Positions 12,866 to 22,947 of a DNA stretch of 64,000 nt are shown here, piece by piece. Below the pieces are notes generated by a model, which saw only the letters and a list, made by a program, of their open reading frames with translations, was not told the DNA's origin and ran no database searches. The number at the start of each line of letters is the position of its first letter. Position 1 is the first letter of the stretch. Made by a program: the position numbers and the translations under genes. This DNA is from Squalus acanthias (taxonomy: Eukaryota), in contig CM059431.1 in assembly GCA_030390025.1 (NCBI GenBank), positions 152,956,001-153,020,000 on the forward strand. Reading direction: 5' to 3'.

Positions 12866-14026
12866 CTAGAAGCGGCTTGCTATTAGTCGTTGACGGACGG
12901 CCCTTGCAGTTTGACCATTGTGGGCCGCCCTCCTGCCTTGGTGCTGCTGATGATCATCGTCCTCGTCCTGTTCCTCCTCTTCCTCCTCCTCCTCTGGTGG
13001 TGCTACAAGGCCTGGTGGCATTGGCTGGGTCCTGAGGATTGCCATGTTGTGCAACATGCAGCACACGACTACGAAGTTCGAAACTTGCTCAGGCGAGTAC
13101 TGCAGGGCTCCTCCGGAATGGTCCAGACAGCGGAACCGTTGTTTCAGCACGCCGATTGTGCGCTCAATAATGTTCCTGGTTGCTTGATGGCTTTCATTGT
13201 ACAGCAGCTCAGCAGGGGTGTTTGGCGTACGGAGCGGTGTCATCAGCCAGATGCTCACTGCGTACCCCTTGTCCCCCAGAAGCCAACCAACTGGCTGATG
13301 CGGTGCCTCGAAAACTTCTGCCACAGTAGTCTGGCGCAGGATGAAAGCATCGTGGCAGCTGCCCGGATAGTGGGCATTGACAGCGAGTATCACCTGTCTG
13401 TGGTCACAGACCAACTGCACATTCAAGGAATGGAACCCCTTTCTGTTCCGGAACTCCTCTGCATTCTCTCGCGGAGCACGCAAAGCCACATGCGTGCAGT
13501 CAATGGCGCTCTGCACCATGGGGAAGCCTGCTACCCTCGCAAAGCCCAGAGCACGGTCACGCTGCTTGTCTGGGGTCATAGGGAAAGAGATGAAGTCTCG
13601 TCTCCTTCTGAAGAGGGCATTGGTGACCTGCCGGATGAAGCGATGCACCGCAAACTGGGAGATATTGGCGAGGTCCCCAACAGCAGCTTGGAATGAGCCA
13701 GTGGCGTAGAAGTTCAAAGCCACTGTGACCTTCACTGCCACCGACAGAGACGTCCTGGACCTCAGCTGAGGCTGCAGATCTGGCTGCAGCAGGTGGCAGA
13801 GCTCAGTGACCACCTCCTTGCTGAATCGCAGCCTTCGCAAACACAGCTCATCGGACATATGGATGTAGGAGAGCTGTTCACGATATACCCTGGGAGGGTA
13901 AGCTCTCCTGTACATGCACCTGATGGCCCTCCTCCGTCTGGCCATCATTGCCACTCTCTGTCTGTGTCTCAGTATCCTCCGATTCAGCTGGAGCAGGACG
14001 ACGCCCCCAATCATTGCAGCCCCCAT
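12866..14026 (-). CDS. Harbinger DDE transposase (HARBI1-like family), 386 aa, intact
   Basis: Motifs AIDCTH, NRKGFHSLNVQLVCD, YPGSCHDAFIL, LLGDKGY, IERTIGVLKQRFRCL and CCMLHN; lies inside the Harbinger TIRs. Confidence 0.97.
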   Translation of the reverse strand: MGAAMIGGVVLLQLNRRILRHRQRVAMMARRRRAIRCMYRRAYPPRVYREQLSYIHMSDELCLRRLRFSKEVVTELCHLLQPDLQPQLRSRTSLSVAVKVTVALNFYATGSFQAAVGDLANISQFAVHRFIRQVTNALFRRRRDFISFPMTPDKQRDRALGFARVAGFPMVQSAIDCTHVALRAPRENAEEFRNRKGFHSLNVQLVCDHRQVILAVNAHYPGSCHDAFILRQTTVAEVFEAPHQPVGWLLGDKGYAVSIWLMTPLRTPNTPAELLYNESHQATRNIIERTIGVLKQRFRCLDHSGGALQYSPEQVSNFVVVCCMLHNMAILRTQPMPPGLVAPPEEEEEEEEQDEDDDHQQHQGRRAAHNGQTARAVRQRLIASRF

Positions 14027-17000
14027 ATTCTCTTTGCCAGAAAAGTAATGAGGTACAGCAACTAAAGTAGCAACAAAGTTAGGATGAACTAGGCAAAACT
14101 ACCTCACAAAGCGTTGAGTCAATGTAGAAGTCTCTCTCTCTCTCTCTCCGAATCTCTCTCTCTCTCTCAGAACGAGTGGTGCATAAATGTCGACCACAGA
14201 AAAAGACAGGAAGAGGCCCCCTTTAAATAGCACCCCCCCAGCCGCACACCGATTGATAACGTTCCAGTCTTCCGGTCGTTGGAAGCGCCAGGCGGTAAGG
14301 CACAGGGCGCCACTCAATTTCCGCTCCGGGGCGCCCCAAGGGCGTTGCACCATGGAATGACGTCACAATCTGCGCGCGCAGGTGGTCGCAGCGGTAAGTT
14401 TTAACGCCGCCGCACAATCTCAAGTTAAGTTCTCGAGCGGCGCAAGCAGCGCTGCGCCCGGGCGTTAGCGGCTTAACGCCCCATTAGCGCCCTCTTAAGG
14501 CGCTAACGGGAGGCGCAACCAAGTGAATTTTTACCCCTCAGGCTTTAAAAGGGGTCCCTAGTGGAGAGACTCTCTCATTAAAAGTGGACCCTGATGGGGA
14601 TATTCCTTCTTTAAACGTGGTCCCTGATCTTGAGACCCTCTCTTTAAAAGGGAACTCTGATGGTGAGACTTGCTCATTAAAAGAGATCCTAACTGTGCGA
14701 CTCTCTCGTTTAAAAGGGGTCCCGTATGGTGAGACTCCTTCTTTAAAAGGGATCTCTGATGTTTAGACTTCCTCTTTTTATAGAGTCCCTGATGCTGAAA
14801 CACCCTCTTTAAATGGGTTCCCTAATGGTGATACTGCCTCTTTAGAATTTGTCCCGAATGGGGAGACTCTCTCTCGATGGGGTCCCTGATAGAAACGCGA
14901 ACTCTTTAAAAGGGATCCCTGATAGAATGACTGTCTCTTTAAAATGGGTCCCCGAGGGTGAGACCCCCTCTTTAAAAGGGCTCCTTGACAGAAAGACTCT
15001 CTCTTAAAAGAGATCCCTTATGGTGAGACTCCCTTTTTAGAATGGGACCCTGATGGGGAGACTCCCTGTTTTAAAGCTTTCCTGATGGAGCCACGCCCTC
15101 TTTAAAAGTGGTCCCTGATAGAAAGATTCCCTCTTTAAAAGGGGTCCTTGATAGTCAGACTTTCCCTTTAAAAGGGATCCCTAATGGTGAGACTCTCTTT
15201 AAAATGGGTCCCTGATGTTAAGGCTCCCTCTTTAAAAGGGGTCCCTGATTGTGAGACCCCCTCTTTTAAAGGAGTCCCTGATTGGGAGTGTCTCTCTCTT
15301 TAAAAAGGTGCCCTAAAAGGAAGGTTCACTTTAAAAGGGGTCCCTAATTGTGAGACTCTCTCTTTAAAATTGGTCACTGATTTTGAGACACCCTCTTAAA
15401 AGGGGTCACTGATAGTGAGACTCACTCTTTAAAAGGGTTCCCTGATGGTAAGACTCTCTTTAAAAGGGCTCCCTGATAAAAAAAATACTCCCTCTTCAAA
15501 AGTGTCCCTAATGGGGAGACTCTCTCTTTATGGGTACCGTGATAGAAAGATGCCCTCTTCAAAAGGGGTCCTTGATAGATAGACTCTCTTTTTAAAATGG
15601 GTCCCTGATGCTGAAACTCCCTCTTTAAGAGAGGCCCCTAAAGGAGAGACTCTCTCTTTAACAGGAGTACCTCATGGTGAGACTACTTCTTTAAAAGGGA
15701 CCCCTTATGGTGAGACTCCCTCTTTTAAAGGGACCCCTGATGGTGAGACTCCCTCTTTAAAAGGGGAACCTGATGGAGTGACTCTCTTTAAAAGGGGTCC
15801 CTGTTGGGTAGAATCCCTCTTAAAAAGTGGGCACTGATGATGAGACTCCCTCTTTAAAAGGCGTCCCTGTTGGGGAGACACCCTCTTCAAAAAGAGACAC
15901 ACCCTCTTTAAAATACCTACCTGATACAAAGACTCCCTCATTTAAAGGCGTCCCTGATGGGGAGACACCCTCTTCAAAAGGAGACACACCCTCTTTAAAA
16001 TACCTACCTGATACAAAGACTCCCTCATTTAAAGGGTACCCTGATGGCGAAACTCTCTCTTTAAAAGGGGTTCCTGATGGTGCGACTCGCTCTTTTAAAG
16101 GGATCCCTGATGGTGAGATTCACTCTTTAATCGGAATCCCTAATGCTGAAACATCCTCTTCAAAATGTGTCCCTGTTGGTGAGACTGCCTCTTTAAAAGT
16201 GTCCCTAATGGGGAGACTCTCTCTTTATGGGGTCCCTGATAGAATGATGCCCTTTTTAAAAGGGGTCCTTGATAGAAAGACTCTCTCCTTAAAATGGGCC
16301 GCTGATGGTGAGACACCATCTTTAAAAGGGGTCACTGATGGTGAAACTCCATCCTTAAAACGGATCCCTGATGGTGAGAACCTCTCTTTAAAAGGTGACT
16401 CTGATGGTGAGAATTCCTTTTTAAAAGTCATCCCTAATGGTGAGACTCTCTCGTTTAAAAGTGATCCCTGATATGCAGGCTCCCTCTTTAAAAGGTGTTC
16501 CATATGGTGAGACGCCCTCTTTAAAAGCGATCATTGAGGTGAGACTTCTTTAAAAGGGTTCCCTTATGGGGAGACTCTCTAGTTAAAAGGGGTCTCTGAT
16601 GGTGAGACTCACTCTTTAAAAGGAGTCGCTGATTGTAAGACTCACTTTAAAAGGGCTACCTGATAGAAGCACTCCCTCTTTAAAAGGGTCTCTGATGGTG
16701 AGTCTCCCTCTTTAAATGTACTCCCTGAAAGAAAGACTCCGCATTTAAAAGAGATCCCTGATGGTGAGACATCTTCTTTAAAAGGGATCCCTAATGGGGA
16801 GACCCTCTCTTGAAAGGGGGCCTTGAAAGAAAGACTCCATCTTTAAAAAGGTCTCTGATTGTAAGATGCTCCCTTTAAATGTGTTCCCTGATGGTGAGAC
16901 TCCCTCTTTAAAAGTGGGCCCTGAGTGTGAGACACTCCCTTGATAAGGGCTCCCTGTAAGAAAGACTCCATCTTTAAAAGCTTCTCTGACGGTATGATTC

Positions 17001-17555
17001 TCTCTTTCAAAGGGCTTCCTGATGGTGAGAATCTCACTTTAAAAGATATACTTGAAAGAAAGACTCCCTCTTTAAAAGTGTCTCTGAATGTGAGATTCTC
17101 TATTTAAAAGTGTTCCCTGAGTGTGAGATTCTATCTTTAAAAGGGATCACTGATGGTGAGACATAATCTTTAAAAGGGCTGCCCGATGGTAAGACTCCAT
17201 CTTTAAAAGGGGTTCTCATGTTGAGACTCGCTCTTTAAAAGGGGTCACTAATGGTGAGACTCTCACTTTAAATGGGGTCCTTGAAAGAAAGTCCCCTCTT
17301 TAAAAGGGTCTCAGATGGTGTGATTATCTCTTTAAAAGGGGCCCCTGATGGTGAAACTCCCTCTTTAAATGGAGACCCTGATGGTGAGAGAATCTCTGTA
17401 AAAGGGGACACTGATGGTAAGGCTCTCTTTAAAAGTGCTTCCTGATGGTGAGATTCTCTCTTTAAAAGGGATCTCTGATGCTTAACCACATTTTTAAAAG
17501 GGGTACCTAATTGGGAAACTCTCTCTTTAAAAGGAATCTATGATAGAAAGACTTT

Positions 17556-18430
17556 GGGGTAAAAATTCAGTTGGTTGCGTATCCCGTTAGCGCCTTAAGA
17601 GGGCGCTAATGGGGAGCAAAGCCGCTAACGCCCGGGCGCAGCGATGTTTGCGCCGCTCGGGAACTTAACTAGAGATTGTGCGGCGGTGTTATACTTTACC
17701 GCTGCGACCACCTGCGCGCGCAGATTGTGACGTCCTTGTGGCGCCCCGGAGCGGAAATTGAGTGGCGCCCCCTGCCTTACCGCCTGGCGCATCCAACGAC
17801 CAGAAGACTGGAACGCTATCAATCGCTGTGGGGCTGGGGGTGGCGCTATTTAAAGGGGGCCTCTTCCTGTCTTTTATTGTTGGTGGCATTTTTAAACTAC
17901 GCATTCTGAGAGAGAGAGGGAGAGACTTCTGGAGAGATTCAACGTTGTGTGAAGGAGTTTTGGGTAGTGAGCAGCACTTTGCAGGTTCATTTTGATTTGC
18001 CATTCCTTGTATCGATTTAGCAGAGACTGTGGGAGCTGCACTCTGAGTTCTTTGCCTGGTACTCTCCACTGTTCTTTCCAGCACATTTGATGTGCAAGTC
18101 TCTCCAGGCCGAGATTCAAGGCTGCAATGAACAGGATGTGGATGGAAAGCAAGATTAACCATCCCCTTTAAGAACTGGCCCGTGCCATTGTGTGTGTGTT
18201 CCATTGCTGACTGACATTACATGAGCTTCGCCAGCGCTCTGAGTTAGCGCCTCACTCCTTGGCCTTTGCGCCTTAAGACAGGTGTGCAGCGCCTGATTTA
18301 GCGCTCCACTCAGCTCCCGGGGCGGTAAAAGTGAAGTTTCCAGTCAGTGCCGATAATTAGCACCAGGCGCTAATATTTGCGTCCAGACGATATTTGCGCC
18401 CCAAATGGGGCGCAACCTAATTTTTACCCC
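17556..18430. mobile_element. Non-autonomous Harbinger derivative (875 bp), inverted relative to the full-length copy
   Basis: Perfect TIRs GGGGTAAAAATT / AATTTTTACCCC; TSD TTT. About 17556-17960 matches the reverse complement of 14100-14537, and about 18098-18430 matches the reverse complement of 10393-10725. Confidence 0.95.
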
Positions 18431-19074
18431 TTTCTCTTTAAAAGGGGTCCTTGAAAGAAAGAAAGACTCACTCTTTAAAAGGGACTCTGATGGTGAGATT
18501 TCCTCTTTAAAAGGAATCCCTGAGTGTGAGACACACCCTTTAAAGGGGTCCCTTTGTGTGAGACTCTCTCTTATAAAGGGATCCCTGATGGTGAGTCTCA
18601 ATCTTTAAGAGGGGTCCCTGATGGTGAGACTCCCTTTTTAAAAGGGGTCCCTAGTGGAGAGACACTCTCGTTGAAAAGGGGTCCCTGAATGGGATACACC
18701 CTCTTTAAAAGGGGTCTCTGATGGTGAGCCCCTCTCTTTAAAAGAGGTTTCTGATGGTGAGACTTCCTCATTAAAAGGGATCCCTAAAGGTGAGCCTCTC
18801 TCGTTTAAAAGTGGTCCCTGATGGTGATACTCCCTCTTTAAAATGTGTCCCTTATGGTGAGACTCCCTCTTGAAAAGGGATCTCTGATGGTGAGTCTCAC
18901 TCTTTAAAAGGGGTCCCTGATGGTAAGACTCATTTTAAAAGGGTTCTCTGATAGAAAGACTCCCTCTTTAAAAGGTTATCTAATGGTTCGAATTCTTCTG
19001 TACATGTTTTCCATTATAGGGATACTCTCTCGTTAAAAGGGCTCCCTGATGATGTGAAGGGAGAATTACATAAG

Positions 19075-21466
19075 GAACCAACTCGGGAACAGGCTATATT
19101 GGACTGGGTACTGTGCAATGAGAAGGGACTAATTAGTAATCTTGTTGTACGGGGACCCTTGGGTCAGAGCGATCATAACATGATCGATTTCTCACTCGAA
19201 ATGGAGAGCGAAGAAATTGACTCAGATACTAAGGTCCTGAATTTAAACAAGGGGAATTATGATGCCATTAGACGGGAACTGAGTAGGTCTGATTGGACAA
19301 CGTTCCTGGGAGGACTGGAGGTAGATAAACAATGGCAAGCATTTAAAGATAGAATGACAAAATTGCAAAAATTGTTTATACTAATCTGGCATAAAAGGAA
19401 ATCTAAAAAGGTAACTCAACCGTGGATAACAGGGGAGATTAGAGACAGCATAAAATCCAAAGATAGGGCGTATAAAATAGCCAAAAAAAGCGCCAGAGCG
19501 GAAGATTGGGAACAGTTTAAGATAGAGCAAAGGAGGACAAAGGGCTTAATCAAGAGGGGCAAAATAGCTTAAGAAAGCAAGCTGGCGGAAAATATAAAAA
19601 CTAACTCCAAAAGCTTTTATAAGTATATCAAGAGGAAAAGACTGGTGAAAACCAAAGTTGGCCCATTGCAGTCAGATACGGGGGAATATATAACGGGAAA
19701 TAAGGAAATGGCAGACCAACTAAATGCATACTTTGGGTCAGTCTTTACGAAGGAAGACACAAAAAACCTCCCTGGGATATCGGGAAAAATAGGGACATTT
19801 GCAAAGGAGGAACTGACGCAAGTCAATATCTCTAAGGATATGGTGTTAAGGAAGCTAAAGGGATTGAAGGCGGACAAATCCCCAGGGCCTGATAACATGC
19901 ATCCTAGGGTGCTGAAGGAGGTGGCCCTAGAGATAGCGGATGCACTAAGTATGATTTTTCAGAATTCATTAGACTCGGGAACATTGCCCATGGATTGGAG
20001 GGTAGCTAACGTTACCCCACTATTCAAAAAGGGGGGCAGGGAAAAAGCAGGTAATTACAGACCTGTAAGCCTTACATCAGTTGTGGGCAAAATGCTGGAG
20101 TCCATCATTAAGGATGAAATAGCGGAGCACTTAGCAAATGGGGACAGGATAGGACAGAGTCAACATGGATTTACAAAGGGTAAATCGTGCTTGACTAATC
20201 TATTGGAATTTTTTGAGGGAGTAACTGGTAAAATAGATGGGGGAGAGCCAGTAGATGTGGTGTACCTGGACTTCCAAAAGGCCTTCGATAAGGTCCCACA
20301 TAAAAGATTAGCAGGGAAAATTGAAGCTCATGGGATAAAGGGGAAAGTATTGACGTGGATAGAGAACTGGCTGTCAGATAGAAAACAGAGAGTTGGAATA
20401 AACGGCTCATTTTCTGAATGGCAGGCAGTAACGAGTGGGTTACCACAGGGATCTGTCCTGGGTCCCCAGCTGTTCACAATTTACATTAATGACCTGGATC
20501 AGGGAGTCGGATGCAGCATTTCCAAATTTGCAGACGACACTAAACTAGGAGGGGGGGTGGGCTCAGAGGAGGAGACCAGGAAGCTCCAGAGCGATTTGGA
20601 CAGACTGGGTGATTGGGCGGATAAATGGCAGATGCACTATAATGTGGACAAGTGCGAAGTTATCCACCTTGGGTGCAGGAACGGGAGGGCAAATTATTAT
20701 TTAAATGGCAATAAATTGGGAGAGGGGGAAGTACAGAGAGACCTGGGTGTTCTTGTACACCAGTCACTGAAGGCGAGCATGCAGGTGCAACAGGCGATCA
20801 AGAAGGCAAACGGTATGCTGGCCTTCATAGCAAAAGGGTTGGAATACAGGAACAGGGATACCTTGCTGCAGCTGTACAGGGCACTGGTGAGACCACACCT
20901 CGAGTACTGTGTACAGTTTTGGTCGCCTCATCTGAGGAAAGATGTTCTTGCCATGGAGGGGGTGCAGCGGCGATTCACCAGCCTGATACCAGGAATGGCG
21001 GGATTGACCTATGAGGAGAGACTATGTAGTTTAGGGATGTACACACTGGAGTTTAGAAGATTGAGAGGGGACCTCATAGAAGTGTATAAAATTCTGACAG
21101 GTCTAGACAGACTAGATGCAGAAGGAATGTTTCCCTTGGCGGGTGAGAACAGAACTAGAGGACATAATTTAAGGATAAGGGTTAAACCATTTAGGACAGA
21201 AATGAGGGGGAATTTCTTCACTCAGAGGGTGGTGAACCTGTGGAACTCATTGCCACAGAGGGCAGTGTACGCCAGCTCATTAAATATATTTAAGAGGGAA
21301 ATAGATATATTTCTACAGGCAAAAGGGGTTAAGGGTTACGGAGAGAAGGCGGGGACGGGATACTGAATTGGAGGATCAGCCATGATCTCATTAAATGGCG
21401 GAGCATGCTCGAAGGGCCGGATGGCCTACTCCTGCTCCTATCTTCTATGTATCTATGTATCTATGT
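19075..21466 (+). mobile_element. CR1 LINE, 5'-truncated, young
   Basis: ORF2 runs from the end of the APE domain (SDHNMI) to 21366 with a single in-frame stop at 19570-19572. Short 3' UTR and (CTATGTAT)n tail. ATAAG is duplicated at 19070-19074 and 21467-21471. Confidence 0.95.
19645..21366 (+). CDS. CR1 ORF2 reverse transcriptase region (573-aa open segment)
   Basis: KSPGPD, NYRPVSLTS, YLDFQKAFDKVPH, PQGSVLGP, KFADDTK and [11 protein letters not shown] motifs. Confidence 0.93.
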   Translation: MKTKVGPLQSDTGEYITGNKEMADQLNAYFGSVFTKEDTKNLPGISGKIGTFAKEELTQVNISKDMVLRKLKGLKADKSPGPDNMHPRVLKEVALEIADALSMIFQNSLDSGTLPMDWRVANVTPLFKKGGREKAGNYRPVSLTSVVGKMLESIIKDEIAEHLANGDRIGQSQHGFTKGKSCLTNLLEFFEGVTGKIDGGEPVDVVYLDFQKAFDKVPHKRLAGKIEAHGIKGKVLTWIENWLSDRKQRVGINGSFSEWQAVTSGLPQGSVLGPQLFTIYINDLDQGVGCSISKFADDTKLGGGVGSEEETRKLQSDLDRLGDWADKWQMHYNVDKCEVIHLGCRNGRANYYLNGNKLGEGEVQRDLGVLVHQSLKASMQVQQAIKKANGMLAFIAKGLEYRNRDTLLQLYRALVRPHLEYCVQFWSPHLRKDVLAMEGVQRRFTSLIPGMAGLTYEERLCSLGMYTLEFRRLRGDLIEVYKILTGLDRLDAEGMFPLAGENRTRGHNLRIRVKPFRTEMRGNFFTQRVVNLWNSLPQRAVYASSLNIFKREIDIFLQAKGVKGYGEKAGTGY

Positions 21467-22947
21467 ATAAGAACATAAGAAATAGGAGCAGGAGTAGACC
21501 AATCGGCCCCTCGAGCCTGCTCCGCCATTCAATGAGATCATGGCTGATCTGATCCAACCTCAACTCTAAAGAACACATGAAGCAGGAGCAGGACCAGGCC
21601 ACTCGGCCCCTGGCCCGCTCCGTCACCCATAGGGCCTTGACCGATCCGAACTCATACTCATGTCCAATTTCCAGCCCGCTCCCCGTAACCCCTGATTCCC
21701 TTTACTTCTAGGAAACGGTCTATTTCTGTTTTAAATTTATTTAATGAAGTAGCTTCCACAGCTTCCTGGGGTAGCAAATTCCACAGACCCACTATCCTCT
21801 GAGTGAAAAAGTTTCTCCTCATCTCAGTTTTGAAAGAGGAGCCCCTTATTCTAAGATTATGTCCCCTAGTTCTAGTTTCACCCATCATTGGGAACATCCT
21901 CACCGCGTCCACCCGATCAAGCCCCTTCACAATCTTATATGTTTCAATAAGATCGCCTCTCATTCTTCTGAACTCCAATGAGTAGAGTCCCAATCTACTC
22001 AACCTCTCCTCGTATGTCCACCCCCTCATCCCCGGAATTAACCGAGTGAACCTTCTTTGTACTGCCTCGAGAGAAAGTATGTCTTTTCTTAAGTATGGAC
22101 ACCAAAACTGTATGCAGTACTACAGGTGCGGTCTCACCAATAACCTATACAACTGCAGCAATACCTCCCTGTTTTTATATTCTATCCCCCTAGCAATAAA
22201 AGCCAACATTCCATTGGCTTTCTTGATCACCTGCTGCACCTGCATACTAACTTTTTATTTTCTTGCACCAAGACCCCCAGATCCCTTTGAACTGCAGTAC
22301 TTTCCAGTTTCTCGCCATTAAGATAATAACTTGCTCTCTGATTTTTCCTGTGAAAGTGCATAACCTCACATTTTCCAATATTGTATTGCATCTGCCAAAT
22401 CTCTGCCCACTCACCCAGCCTGTCTATATCCCCTTGTAGGTTTTTTATGTCCTCCTCACTCTCTACTTTCCCTCCCATCTTTGTATCATCTGCAAACTTT
22501 GATATGTTACACTCGGTCACCTCCTCCAAATCGTTAATATAGATTGTAAAGAGTTGGGGTCCCAGCACCGACCCCTGCGGAACACCACTGGCTACTGGTT
22601 GCCAGTCCGAGAATGAACCATTTATCCCCACTCTCTGCTTCCTGTTAGATAACCAATCCTCCACCCATGCCAGAATATGACCCCCAATCCAGTGATTTTT
22701 TATCTTGAGTATTAATCTTTTATGTGGCACCTTGTCGAATGCCTTCTGGAAGTCTAAATACACTACATCTACTGGTTCCCCTTTATCCACCCAGTACGTT
22801 ATGTCCTCAAAGAACTCGAGCAAATTTGTCAGACATGACTTCCCCTTCATAAAGCCATGCTGACTTTGTCCTATTAAATTATGTTTATCTAAATGCTCCT
22901 TTACTGTCTCCTTAATAATAGACTCCAAAATTTTACCCACCACAGAT
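21467..22947 (-). mobile_element. CR1 LINE, 5'-truncated, frameshifted
   Basis: RT fragments in ORFs 22227-22943 and 21658-22029; TTCTTATGTTCTTA tail; ATTACA duplicated at 19065-19070 and 22946-22951. Same subfamily as 58635-62085. Confidence 0.95.

Larger units (their letters stand above)
10393..14537. mobile_element. PIF/Harbinger DNA transposon, full length (4145 bp)
   Basis: 12-bp TIRs GGGGTAGAAATT / AATTTTTACCCC (1 mismatch). 3-bp TSD TCA at 10390-10392 and 14538-14540. Convergent Myb/SANT-like and DDE transposase genes. Confidence 0.97.

Noticed and set aside
12890..13696. 268-aa ORF antisense to the transposase
   Set aside because: Shadow frame of the coding strand. Its hydrophobic N-terminus mirrors the poly-Glu/Asp tract.
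15857..16033. 87-bp duplication lengthening a 214-aa ORF
   Set aside because: Local slippage of two monomers plus a truncated one; no sign of coding function.
19054..19572. ORF start at 19054
   Set aside because: The first codons are LTR stub; the remainder is truncated CR1 ORF2.
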